IMG/VR virus record: IMGVR_UViG_3300050821_007134 | Span: 32,001-96,000 of that record | Source of the DNA: a virus | Direction: 5' to 3' (one strand) | DNA: 64,000 nucleotides | Shown here: piece by piece, positions 48,055 through 57,626 of the stretch | Layout of the letters: each line of letters starts with the position of its first letter | Numbering within the stretch: the stretch's first letter is position 1 | Position numbers and translations under genes: made by a program | The notes under the pieces: model-generated | Told to the model about the DNA's origin: nothing | Seen by the model: the letters and a program-made list of their open reading frames with translations, nothing else | Database searches by the model: none

Positions 48055-50228
48055 TAGTTATTCTCTTGAGCCGCTGCCTTAACAGGAACTCCGCTAGGAC
48101 CCATCACTACACCCTTTTTGCGATCAATCCATCGGGTCTTCCCGGTCTTTTGATCTATCGTCTTTTGTTGACCTTTCAGGTTTATAGAACCTGGAGTCAA
48201 AGGAGTTCTTGGAGTGTGCTTGGTCGTTGCTTTAGTGGGTAATTTTCCCAGGCCACTACCGCCTGGCTTACTTTCTTTTGGGGGCTCGTTAGCTGCACCC
48301 TCCTTAGGAGCAGCCGACTTATCTTTGTCTTCTTTTTTAGGAGGAAATCCACCTTTTTCTTTTCCAGGAGGACCTTCTTTGCCTTCTTTTTTCTCAGGAG
48401 CTTTACCGTCCTTCTTTGGAGGAAAGCCACCTTTTTCTTTTCCGGGTTCTTGTCCAGCTTCTTTGGCTGGATGACTACCACAAGTAGGACAAGGATGTTC
48501 TTCTTGGCCTGGAATTGGTTCTCCGGGCTGGCCTTGAGCACCTTGTTGTTCATTTGGAAGTTGTTCAGTACCATTTGAAATACCAAGCAATTTGGACATT
48601 TCAATCATGGCGCGAAGCATTGCGATACATGAAGAATAAAGCTCAGGGGATTGAGCCTGAGATTGTTCCAAAATTTGTTTGTTATTTTTAAACCCTTGAA
48701 GAGCTTGGCCGATCATCTGTTTTATTTGCTCTTTTTGAGCATCTTCGGCGCCGCCTTCTAAACCATCCTGCATTACTGATTGCATTGGAGGCTCTTCTTC
48801 CTGACCAGGAGGAAGTTCTTCTTGCTCTTGTCCAGGAATTTGTTGGTCGGAAGCCTGATCGGTAGGAGAAGCTTGACCCATCATATCATCTTGGGTATCT
48901 CCAGCATTCGGTCCTTCAAGATTTACGCCACCTTCAGGTCCGCCAGGCATACCAGTGTCTCCGGGAACATTCTGTTCCTTGAAACCATCTGGACGACTAA
49001 CATTCCCTTCCATCTCACTACCGACGGGCATAGCGCCACTATCAATATTGTTCATCTGTTCTTGCTGAACTTGTGGATCGGCAGGGGGAGTATCAACGTT
49101 CTCTTGAATTACTTCTTCAGCTTCTTCTTGAGGCTTGCCACAAGTCGGGCAATTTTGCGCGTGAGCTTCTTGTGGAGGCGCTTGGCCATTTTCAGGAGCT
49201 TCTTTAGGAGCTTCTTTGCCTTTTTCATCTTTCACTTCCTTTTTAGGTTTTTCTTTAGTATCCATATCACCTTCTGCCTTTTTAATAGGAGTTTTGAATT
49301 CATTTTTAGAGGGATCTTTACCGGTATCTTCGGCTTTTTCCCTAGGAGTAGACATTTCTTTTCCACTCGCATGTTTATTGGCTTGACCGTCTTCTTCTTC
49401 CTTTTGTTTTTCTTTTTTCTTATCAGGAAGAGCATTAGGTTGGCCCTGTTCGCCTTTGTTTTTATCTGGAAGTGGCCTGTCTTCAGCTAAGGCAACGTCG
49501 GGTCTAGTATCGCTTTTTGGCTCTTGTTGAGCAACTTTGGCGGATGCTTCTTGATTGACTTTTGCCGTAGCTTGTTCTGGAGATTCCTGAGTTAATGCAC
49601 TATCTTGTGCAACTTGAGAAGACTTTTCTGCCGATGTTCCTGCCGGTGTTTTGGCGGATGCCTTGGCGGATGTTTCGTCACTAGCAGTCTCAGAAGGAGT
49701 CTCACCAGTTTTCTCTTTTTGAATTTGATCTTTCTGCCATGAGTCTTGTTTGAAACCTTTATCATCTTCGGGCTTTAAATATGCTTCACCAAGCTTCTGT
49801 TCTTCTTCAGATCCTTGTCCTTGTGATAATCGATCTTGTGTGGCTTGGATGTCCTTATCAACGGAATCATCGTACATGACCACTTGATTTTTACCACGAA
49901 ATTTAGCAACCATCAGAGATTTTCCAGCTTGTGGAAGATCTTGGCCTACACCAACTGACATAGTCAGATTGGTTGCGAATTCATAATCGCGTCTTAATTC
50001 TTCGATATCTTGAACAGCTTCAGCCGGTAGAGAGAATAAACCTTCGTCTCCGCCCCCGCTGATGACCTGTCCATTATGTTCTTCAACCCATTTCTTAACA
50101 ACTTCATGGCCTAAACCAATGCGACTGGAGACTTCGCTAAGCGCGCCTGGATCGTTAGCCAAAATGGCACGACCTACAAGTCTACCGGCATTATCGCCAT
50201 CGTATGCTAAGAAAATCTGGTTAGTCAC
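48054..50228 (-). CDS. mCpol (minimal Cas10-like nucleotide cyclase) domain fused to a long disordered region
   Basis: aa 1-120: FLAYDGDNAGR...GQVISGGGDEG...TMSVGVG....A...L.VAKFRGKNQV; remainder rich in E/Q/P/K. Confidence 0.8.
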   Translation of the reverse strand: MTNQIFLAYDGDNAGRLVGRAILANDPGALSEVSSRIGLGHEVVKKWVEEHNGQVISGGGDEGLFSLPAEAVQDIEELRRDYEFATNLTMSVGVGQDLPQAGKSLMVAKFRGKNQVVMYDDSVDKDIQATQDRLSQGQGSEEEQKLGEAYLKPEDDKGFKQDSWQKDQIQKEKTGETPSETASDETSAKASAKTPAGTSAEKSSQVAQDSALTQESPEQATAKVNQEASAKVAQQEPKSDTRPDVALAEDRPLPDKNKGEQGQPNALPDKKKEKQKEEEDGQANKHASGKEMSTPREKAEDTGKDPSKNEFKTPIKKAEGDMDTKEKPKKEVKDEKGKEAPKEAPENGQAPPQEAHAQNCPTCGKPQEEAEEVIQENVDTPPADPQVQQEQMNNIDSGAMPVGSEMEGNVSRPDGFKEQNVPGDTGMPGGPEGGVNLEGPNAGDTQDDMMGQASPTDQASDQQIPGQEQEELPPGQEEEPPMQSVMQDGLEGGAEDAQKEQIKQMIGQALQGFKNNKQILEQSQAQSPELYSSCIAMLRAMIEMSKLLGISNGTEQLPNEQQGAQGQPGEPIPGQEEHPCPTCGSHPAKEAGQEPGKEKGGFPPKKDGKAPEKKEGKEGPPGKEKGGFPPKKEDKDKSAAPKEGAANEPPKESKPGGSGLGKLPTKATTKHTPRTPLTPGSINLKGQQKTIDQKTGKTRWIDRKKGVVMGPSGVPVKAAAQENN

Positions 50229-51183
50229 GTTTTTTCCTTAAAGTATCTAGGAGCATTTCAATGTTTTCTGCATCCCAGCCTTTACCAAATCTGACTTTTA
50301 TTCCCTGTTCGGTCTTTTTAATGAAGACCTTCTTTTCTCGATCCTCACCAAGACATATGCACCCGGAAAAAATAGATCCGTCAAAAATGTGCTTACCGCA
50401 ATCCGGGCATTCAACAGTTTCGCCTTTAGCCATCTCAATTGAGAATTCATTCTTTTTACTCTTCCTAAGTTCTATGAACTTTTTTAATTTTTCGTGACCC
50501 TTTTTCATGGGCTCAACAAATTCTGGTTCTTTTCCTGTTACAACAGATTCTACGACCTTCATACCGTTAGTCATTCCTCGAAAGTATTGATCGGACTGGG
50601 GTGTAGATTCCTGTTGAATTTTGGTTATTTCTGAAACTTTGTCTGTAAGTTTCAATAGAACCAATTTATCTACAGCTTCTCTCTCCATGAGTTTCTTATC
50701 GATAACTTTACCGATTAAATCATGAAGTGCTATTCTCTCATCGACTAATTTTTGAACCTTTGCGTCAATGTCAGTGTTACCACTTGACATATTCTCTGAC
50801 AATTGGTTAACGTCATAAAGTTCGAAAGCACTCATTATGACAAGTCCCACTCCTGGTATAGCGCGATTGACAAACTGCACTATTAGTTTAGAACCTTGTC
50901 TGATTTCTCCGCTATAAACGTCTCTTTCATGTTTTTGAGCATTTAGTATAGCGCCGCCTTCCACTGGAAGGTCGAATTCTTTATTTTCACCGATGGCCAT
51001 TGGTGTTAGTTCTTTGATGACTAAAGCCATTACAGTTCTTGGAACAATTTGTAAGGCGGTCCTTAATTCTTCATGATCGACAACGGTACGAGTTCCGGGC
51101 TTATAAAGCTCGAATTTCTGCAAAGACTCCATGTAGTCCTTGCCCAAGGTCTTTTTCAAGAAGAAGTTAGCGCCTGAGGCCAT
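50221..51183 (-). CDS. Late protein with C-terminal Zn ribbon
   Basis: CPDCG...GCIC. Confidence 0.7.
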   Translation of the reverse strand: MASGANFFLKKTLGKDYMESLQKFELYKPGTRTVVDHEELRTALQIVPRTVMALVIKELTPMAIGENKEFDLPVEGGAILNAQKHERDVYSGEIRQGSKLIVQFVNRAIPGVGLVIMSAFELYDVNQLSENMSSGNTDIDAKVQKLVDERIALHDLIGKVIDKKLMEREAVDKLVLLKLTDKVSEITKIQQESTPQSDQYFRGMTNGMKVVESVVTGKEPEFVEPMKKGHEKLKKFIELRKSKKNEFSIEMAKGETVECPDCGKHIFDGSIFSGCICLGEDREKKVFIKKTEQGIKVRFGKGWDAENIEMLLDTLRKKRD

Positions 51184-51192
51184 TTTATTACC

Positions 51193-51633
51193 TTATCTCG
51201 ATGCTTCGAGTGATATGGCCGTATCGTCGTCAATTAAATAAACAAGCAGTGTAGCGCTGTCAGTAATTACTGAAATTTGTTCGCCAGCTGCCACATAGGT
51301 CCAAGCATTTGGAGTACATGCAATTCCTACGTGACCCGAGGCATCTACTGCACCAGCTGCCAATGCAGCGATGGTAAGATCTTCACCAAAAGTGACAGCA
51401 TGAACGGCAGCGCTATTATTGTAGATCGCCAAATTTCTTCCAGCGGAAGGAAGTGCGCGAGCGGTAGAAGCATCAGTTGTATAAGTCGTCGCATTGATAT
51501 TTAGTGGAAGTAATTTCCTTCCAACTTCGGCAACTTTCCTAGCTCCGGCCTTTTCACTGAAAGTCATGTTCTCGACGCTGGGTACGTCTGTGACTCGATA
51601 ACCTAATACTTTTCTTTTCTTTATTCCTGCCAT
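51193..51633 (-). CDS. Putative virion protein
   Basis: AAGGA SD; AATCTTC at 51667-51673. Confidence 0.65.
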   Translation of the reverse strand: MAGIKKRKVLGYRVTDVPSVENMTFSEKAGARKVAEVGRKLLPLNINATTYTTDASTARALPSAGRNLAIYNNSAAVHAVTFGEDLTIAALAAGAVDASGHVGIACTPNAWTYVAAGEQISVITDSATLLVYLIDDDTAISLEASR

Positions 51634-51674
51634 AAGTCCTTAACTTTCCTTTGTTTTATACTGATTGAAGATTA

Positions 51675-52601
51675 TTATTCGCCTTCTGTAATTGTGGACA
51701 TATCCACTGGTATCACGGGGTTAGCTGGGTCAATGGATTCAGTGGGCGCTTCCACGACTCTTCCAGGTGTCTTCGATTTGAGCTGATTGACTTGGTCACC
51801 CTTATTTTGATTGTGATAGATGTATTCCCGGACGATCTCAGCGTAGTAGGGCATTCTTTCGGGACTTCTGACGCCATTAGTCGTAACATTGGTGATTCGG
51901 ATTTCTTTGGGGAGGCTGACCACATACCAAAAAGCATTGTAGAGATATCTGATTGAATATATTCGGCCTTTTCCGGTATCTGGATCAATTCCTGGATTTT
52001 TTCCGCCTTTTTCCCAGCGAATGCTGCCTTCACTTGTGAGGCAAAAATCAACACCGAGTTTGTATTCAATATTACGGCTGTCGATTAAAAACTCAATACT
52101 TACAATAGGATACATCGGAATATTGTCCGCATCAGGGGTGTAATCCATTTTATGATATGTGGCTACTTTGGTGTCTGCCTTTGGATCGGCAACATAAAGT
52201 CTATCACCAGGGGCCAAATAAATTCTATCACCATTCGACATGTCGGGGGTTCCCGGAGCATTATAGAACCTAGGCAGGACCAAACGGCCAACGGCCACGT
52301 CTACGAACCCGCCATCACTTTTCTTCTTGTCTCGTTTGTCATCTGTCATGGTGGCCGAGAAAACTCCGCCACATTTGTAAATAAAGCCGTTTGAGGTAAT
52401 TGTGTCGACTCCGTCGCTTCTGCGGTAGTCACCCTTGTCTTTTTGACCAATAGGGCTAGGAATTGCCTTGTAATGGTTGAAATCAACGGCGAAGCTTGTG
52501 ACAAAAGCATCCTGTTTGGCCAGATCTAAAGAATGCTGGACGAAGGGACTTTCGCGTTGAATATCATCGACTTGTATGCCGACGGGTTTACGATCTGACA
52601 T
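51675..52601 (-). CDS. Putative head closure/neck protein
   Basis: GFIY...LAPGDRL...YSIRY..W.V pattern of SPO1-like neck proteins. Confidence 0.55.
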   Translation of the reverse strand: MSDRKPVGIQVDDIQRESPFVQHSLDLAKQDAFVTSFAVDFNHYKAIPSPIGQKDKGDYRRSDGVDTITSNGFIYKCGGVFSATMTDDKRDKKKSDGGFVDVAVGRLVLPRFYNAPGTPDMSNGDRIYLAPGDRLYVADPKADTKVATYHKMDYTPDADNIPMYPIVSIEFLIDSRNIEYKLGVDFCLTSEGSIRWEKGGKNPGIDPDTGKGRIYSIRYLYNAFWYVVSLPKEIRITNVTTNGVRSPERMPYYAEIVREYIYHNQNKGDQVNQLKSKTPGRVVEAPTESIDPANPVIPVDMSTITEGE

Positions 52602-52959
52602 TATTACATCCTGCTATGCTGCACATTTCGGCTATTTCTTCTAATTTCTTGTCTGTGTTAGAAAATGAATTAACCAGAGATTTTATCACTTCATTAAGTT
52701 CTAAATCTTTGGAGTACATTTTCATTTTATTTTTTACCTTTGCACCCATTATGCTACTGTTATGATTGACCTTTATATTGAATGTTCGGCTGATTCCAGT
52801 TTGGCAAAATCGTTCGATCTCATCCAAAAATTTCTCCAAGGAGGGATCGTTTGGCTCATAGTCTACTACGATCTGTTTTGAGCCCCTTATCTGTTCTTCC
52901 AGTGGCTTATTTATATCGTATTTGATTTCGTCTTCAGCTCGAATAATCTTTATACACAT
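52588..52959 (-). CDS. Hypothetical late protein
   Basis: Start revised to MCIKII. Confidence 0.6.
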   Translation of the reverse strand: MCIKIIRAEDEIKYDINKPLEEQIRGSKQIVVDYEPNDPSLEKFLDEIERFCQTGISRTFNIKVNHNSSIMGAKVKNKMKMYSKDLELNEVIKSLVNSFSNTDKKLEEIAEMCSIAGCNNVRS

Positions 52960-52960
52960 C

Positions 52961-53482
52961 TTATTTACCCGTAATTTTAACCTTTGACGCATTGCAAGAC
53001 ATTGCCTTCTCGGCAGTTGCCCCGGCCAGTGCCCGGCGGAATTCTTGCGGTGCAGTAACACCATCAATAACAATTGAATCTCTCTCGAAATGGCTCATTA
53101 CAGAGGCCACCTTAGCGTTATTTTTGGTAATGTGAAATTCCACCATGCTACCATTTTGGATAGAATAAATACCATGACCAGACTTCCTAAGATCCTCGCT
53201 CAACCAATGAGAATGTTCATCGACGATGGAAGAATCAGTCATTCCCTCGCTTTTCATCAAAGCTGGCTGAAAGTCTGGGTATTGTTTTCCAAGGTTGAAC
53301 TTTACAACAGCTGGATGACTCCCTGCGGCTAAAGCTTCTTCCCTGTATTTGCCTTTTGGTTTACCAATGGCAATCCAGAAACCTCCGCGAGTGCGGATCA
53401 TTTTAACTGGATGTTTGTCGAGCATACCAGCATCTTCTATATGTTCAATTTCTTTTTCAGTGAGAATTGGCTTGTCGCTCAT
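52961..53482 (-). CDS. Hypothetical late protein
   Basis: AAGGAG SD; LMKSE motif. Confidence 0.7.
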   Translation of the reverse strand: MSDKPILTEKEIEHIEDAGMLDKHPVKMIRTRGGFWIAIGKPKGKYREEALAAGSHPAVVKFNLGKQYPDFQPALMKSEGMTDSSIVDEHSHWLSEDLRKSGHGIYSIQNGSMVEFHITKNNAKVASVMSHFERDSIVIDGVTAPQEFRRALAGATAEKAMSCNASKVKITGK

Positions 53483-55005
53483 TTCTTAACTCCTTGATTA
53501 TAGGCATTATTTATTTTTATTACATGCCAGTGTTTACTAATGTCTTGTTTGTCGTGTTGGGCCTTATAAGTACCGCGAATTCCTTCTAACCATGCATATC
53601 CTATTTTCTGCGGATCGTTGCCAAAATGTTTTTCAAGTCTTTTCAAATGCTGCTTAGCAATAGTGTCTTCTAGGCCTGGATTGTCTCTCATGAAGTTTTG
53701 CAATTGGGGACCGCGAAGGATAGTGGCTTTTTGATATTTGTGCTTTAGTTCTGGATGAAGGCTTATTGTTTCTCGTATGATATTTGGCGTTAAAGCATAC
53801 TTACCGTATGCTTGTTCGCCAGAATGTAATCTCTTGTGATGTGTGTTCTTGCCGCCGCTACTTTCGACAGAAGCGATAGTTCTAAGCATGTGTTCTGGAC
53901 TGTAAGTGGGAGCCTTGAATGCCGGGGCTTGCATAACCTTTGGAGCCGCGTCTACACTTTGGGGAGCGGCGGGCTGACCAATTAAAGAAGAAGCGGCGAT
54001 CATTGCGCCTGCGGCTTTAGTCTTAAAGCTTTTTTCCATGTCTTCTGTAAATTCATATATGGTATTCCCGGCGCCTTTTTCAACACTAAGGTTATCGAAA
54101 TGGACTTCATCCGGAGATAGACCCTCCTTCTTTATTTGGTCATAAAGAGGCTTGTCGATTGTAACGTGTGTGAAATATTCTTTATATTGCACTCCGTCAA
54201 TAGTGTCATAGAATTTTTTGTATTCTGGAGGGCATCCGTCAATCATGAGCATGAAATAATCGGCATCGCTATAATCAGAATGATGAATTTTGGTATGGAA
54301 TCTTAAAGCATGAGGATCTGGTTTTGTAATTCCAAGTCGTTTGACTTTGGCTTTGATATCTTCGATATCCATCTTTTGTTTTTCGTCAAAAACCTTAAGA
54401 GACATATGAAGAGGAATATCATCCGTTAAGAATTTACGACCTTTGATGGTTACTTTGAAAAGTACATCTCCGCCAGATTTTGCTTTCTTTCGATATTCAT
54501 TGCAAACACCAGTTCCGATTTTTTCTCTTTTAGCAATATCGGGCTCGATAAGTTGATTGTTAATAGTCTGTTCGGGAGATCTCTGTACTCCACTTTGACC
54601 TTCGCCTTCAGCACCAGGATTTGATCGCATATCGCGATCTCCAGTTTCAACCTTTAGTACTTTGATGCCATAGGCAGCGAGTTCTTTAGCCCATTTGTCC
54701 TGCTCTTCTTTATGGCAAACTACGTAGGCAGAATCAATAAATTCCCTACTTTTTTGAATGATGACATGATCTGGGTATTTCATTGCAAAAAGTTCAACGG
54801 CTCCAGGAGGACTGGACGATTGATCTAAAATGATTTTACAATCAGATGGAATTTCCATGACAGGATTGTAAGTATCATTGTTTATGACAGTATCTCCGGC
54901 GCTACCACTAGGAGCAGACCCCGACTCAACGATATCGCTAAGTTCTTGAATAGAATCTTCCAATGTGCGTCTCATATGTTTATGCAGCATGATGCCACTT
55001 CCCAT
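53479..55005 (-). CDS. Multidomain protein: Acb1-like 2H phosphoesterase plus lytic transglycosylase
   Basis: LHMSL (H200) and YFTHVTI (H280); C-terminal IASVESSG...AYGKY...YAWLEG. Confidence 0.7.
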   Translation of the reverse strand: MGSGIMLHKHMRRTLEDSIQELSDIVESGSAPSGSAGDTVINNDTYNPVMEIPSDCKIILDQSSSPPGAVELFAMKYPDHVIIQKSREFIDSAYVVCHKEEQDKWAKELAAYGIKVLKVETGDRDMRSNPGAEGEGQSGVQRSPEQTINNQLIEPDIAKREKIGTGVCNEYRKKAKSGGDVLFKVTIKGRKFLTDDIPLHMSLKVFDEKQKMDIEDIKAKVKRLGITKPDPHALRFHTKIHHSDYSDADYFMLMIDGCPPEYKKFYDTIDGVQYKEYFTHVTIDKPLYDQIKKEGLSPDEVHFDNLSVEKGAGNTIYEFTEDMEKSFKTKAAGAMIAASSLIGQPAAPQSVDAAPKVMQAPAFKAPTYSPEHMLRTIASVESSGGKNTHHKRLHSGEQAYGKYALTPNIIRETISLHPELKHKYQKATILRGPQLQNFMRDNPGLEDTIAKQHLKRLEKHFGNDPQKIGYAWLEGIRGTYKAQHDKQDISKHWHVIKINNAYNQGVKK

Positions 55006-56200
55006 GTACTATGTTTTCGGGCAGTAGACCAGCTTTTTGATCTGCGTAAACTGTCTTTTGAGGATTTTTTCTATTTTCTTCGCCATGTTTGCCAAAATTG
55101 ACGGTATTATTTTGTCCCATCGTTTCTGTGGCGAGTGCCTTTTGTGCTTCAGGAGAATACATTTGTTTGTGAGTTAAGAATGCAGAATGTTCACCCTTAG
55201 GACCAAAAGTATGTCCTTCTTTGGCATGACCAAAATAATCGTGTACTATTCTGAATACGTCATTGGCAAGTAGTGGGCTGCCTTCATGGAGAATCTTTGT
55301 AGGTGTCAATAGAGGATGATCCTTCGGAGCACTTCCTTCAGAACCAAATCCACCTTCTGTTGGGAAAAACCAGAGATGATTGTTATTATGGATATCGTGC
55401 ATTACGTCTTTTGAATTTTTATAAGGGTTGGCCATTCCCGGTTTGATCTTTGAAATCTTCAATCCACTATTCTTAATATGGTTGAACTGATCCATAGTTT
55501 CATTGATCAGGGCGCCATATGCTTTCTGAACAGCTGGGTCTCCGGGACTGTGCTTCATTCCTTCATATGAACTAGCTATTTGTTTACCGTGTTCTGGATT
55601 AACATTGACAGCTGGTGTAGGAGATAGTTTTATCCCTTTACTTTTGGCATAACTCTCCGCAACTTGTTTTACTTTATTGTCAGGTTTCAGACCAATACTA
55701 GGAGTAGGTTGAGCAGCAGATTGAATTGGTTTTTCTTCGGCCTTTTTCATATCTTCATTGAAGTTATGAGTAAATCGTCCGGCGCCACCAGGAAGAGTTG
55801 TATAAAAATCTTTTGGCTGTTGAGCATGCCAGGTAGTTCCTTGTCCCATTACTTTCTGCCCAGCTTTTTCTCCATGATGATAACGCATTTCATGTTTCTT
55901 TCCAGTAGAATAAATGGAACTCTCTTGACCCAGATTAGCGGCTAATGAATGAAGTTGTTCGGCTTGTTGGGGAGAAATTTTGTAAATGATTATTGATTTT
56001 TCTGGTTTTCCATAATGACCCATAACTTCATGGGCGTCGTACTGAGCACCCTTAAGATGTTTCAAAACAGCTGCATGATCTAGATTTAACTTGTTTTGTT
56101 CTGGGTATATTGGATTGTCAGCGGACATAAGGAAATGCGGTCCGGAAATGCTTTTCCGGTGATCTTTCATCGCATTTAATATGCCTCTATCAACGCCCAT
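54980..56200 (-). CDS. Multidomain protein: SAM-lyase/DUF3293-like domain plus HDxxGH domain
   Basis: LMSADNP, VMGHYGKPEKSI, LAANLGQESSIY, DFYT; then FRIVHDYFGH..GE...ATETMGQN. Confidence 0.6.
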   Translation of the reverse strand: MGVDRGILNAMKDHRKSISGPHFLMSADNPIYPEQNKLNLDHAAVLKHLKGAQYDAHEVMGHYGKPEKSIIIYKISPQQAEQLHSLAANLGQESSIYSTGKKHEMRYHHGEKAGQKVMGQGTTWHAQQPKDFYTTLPGGAGRFTHNFNEDMKKAEEKPIQSAAQPTPSIGLKPDNKVKQVAESYAKSKGIKLSPTPAVNVNPEHGKQIASSYEGMKHSPGDPAVQKAYGALINETMDQFNHIKNSGLKISKIKPGMANPYKNSKDVMHDIHNNNHLWFFPTEGGFGSEGSAPKDHPLLTPTKILHEGSPLLANDVFRIVHDYFGHAKEGHTFGPKGEHSAFLTHKQMYSPEAQKALATETMGQNNTVNFGKHGEENRKNPQKTVYADQKAGLLPENIVHGKWHHAA

Positions 56201-56208
56201 TTTACACC

Positions 56209-57039
56209 TTAGAAGTTATCTATGAAATATTTTGAACTAAAGATCCCGCGAAGCTTTCTAACAAGCTCATCTCTTTGGGCCATTAATTCTTCTATTCTCA
56301 GCTGATAAATTCTAGGGCCGGGGCCACTAGAAGATTGAGAAATACCATCCTGAGACAAGCTTTGAGAAGTATGAATGAACAATGGAGCAAGCATACTCAA
56401 GATATGGATCGCAGTAATAACACCAACCAATTCGTTTACTGGAACGGGAACAAGGCCTTCTTTATTTGAAAGACCAGCCGTGTATTTAATTTGCCAGTAA
56501 GCGGGAACCCAGTTGAGTCCGTCTATGACAGTCAAAAAGGCGATACCGGCGTTACCGACAGCACCTTGGACAGAATTGACTCCATAGGCGGCCAACAGTG
56601 GAATGACGTTGATCAAATTTTTGGAAAAATTCGCAGCTTCAATCCACGTAGGGGGGATTTCGAAAATTAAATTATTGTCTGAACTTACAATTGCAAGATG
56701 TTCCAAACTTACAATTGGTCCGTGTTCCGCTCGGAGATGGATGTAAGTTTTGTACAAATTGTAATCAAATGGCAATTTTTCCTTAAAGGCTTCCCTGGTA
56801 ATTGTTCGGCCTAAAAGTAATTCAGCGTCGTTCATGGCGACCATTATATAGTCTTTCATCTCATCATCGGTAATAAAATCGCCATTTTGCATTCGAAGGG
56901 GGATTCCCTTCAACCAACGAGAAATAACCTGCTGTGGCTGCAATAGGGGCTCACAGCGCCTAAGTAGGCCAGAGGTTTGACTGGCATGTACGGGGTACAT
57001 TGCCGTTTCATATGTTTTTGTTAAGGTATAATCTCCCAT
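56209..57039 (-). CDS. Head-tail adaptor/neck protein
   Basis: Position after capsid; P.YWQIKYTAG, SQSLSQDGISQS. Confidence 0.65.
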   Translation of the reverse strand: MGDYTLTKTYETAMYPVHASQTSGLLRRCEPLLQPQQVISRWLKGIPLRMQNGDFITDDEMKDYIMVAMNDAELLLGRTITREAFKEKLPFDYNLYKTYIHLRAEHGPIVSLEHLAIVSSDNNLIFEIPPTWIEAANFSKNLINVIPLLAAYGVNSVQGAVGNAGIAFLTVIDGLNWVPAYWQIKYTAGLSNKEGLVPVPVNELVGVITAIHILSMLAPLFIHTSQSLSQDGISQSSSGPGPRIYQLRIEELMAQRDELVRKLRGIFSSKYFIDNF

Positions 57040-57513
57040 TTAGCAGCTCCCGTCATTCATGGGCTCGACGGAAATCATGTTTAAAACGCTAAAACGTCTT
57101 ATATTGCTTCCCTCGAATACTGCAAACTGGACATTTCCTGAATTCGGTGTTTTACTGGGAGGAATGGTGACTTTCCAGATCGACGCGTCATTTGGATCGG
57201 CCTGTACAGCGGTTAAATTGATCACCTGAGCGTCATCTATGGACGGGAAGGTGACCTGGATGGAGGCTGGCTGATTACCGCCGCCAACGCCTACCATGTA
57301 ACGTAGACCTATTACGCTGGCCTGGGCCGGGGGAACGTTGAAAAATCCGCCAATAAGGGCTGCGCCGGAGATGTTAGCTAAAGTGACTTGATCTAGATCA
57401 ACTATTTGAAAATACAGGGTATTTGGGTCTCCAGCTCGAACCGCCCACTGAGCAGCGTAGGAAAACTGGTTTACAGTCGCGAAATTTGTGATTACTCGTG
57501 CGGAAAGTCTCAT
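57040..57513 (-). CDS. Putative virion protein
   Basis: Late motif at 57549-57555. Confidence 0.65.
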   Translation of the reverse strand: MRLSARVITNFATVNQFSYAAQWAVRAGDPNTLYFQIVDLDQVTLANISGAALIGGFFNVPPAQASVIGLRYMVGVGGGNQPASIQVTFPSIDDAQVINLTAVQADPNDASIWKVTIPPSKTPNSGNVQFAVFEGSNIRRFSVLNMISVEPMNDGSC

Positions 57514-57626
57514 TGCAATTTACTCCAATTTGAGGTATATCTTTCACTTAAGATTGGCACGAAAACATTTGGGAAAGCGGAATAGGCTGTTTTTCCAAGC
57601 ATTTACACATATTTAAGGAGAAAAAC

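Noticed and set aside
48780-49490. Long plus-strand ORF (236 aa) and similar antisense ORFs (e.g. 45893-46525, 27661-28260, 37897-38364)
   Set aside because: Shadows of genuine opposite-strand genes; F/L/S-rich and lacking SD
49869-50228. Reading GGGDEG as a GGDEF diguanylate cyclase
   Set aside because: The domain is only ~120 aa with DGDxxG and lacks the D(I/L)DxFKxxND motif; it fits mCpol better
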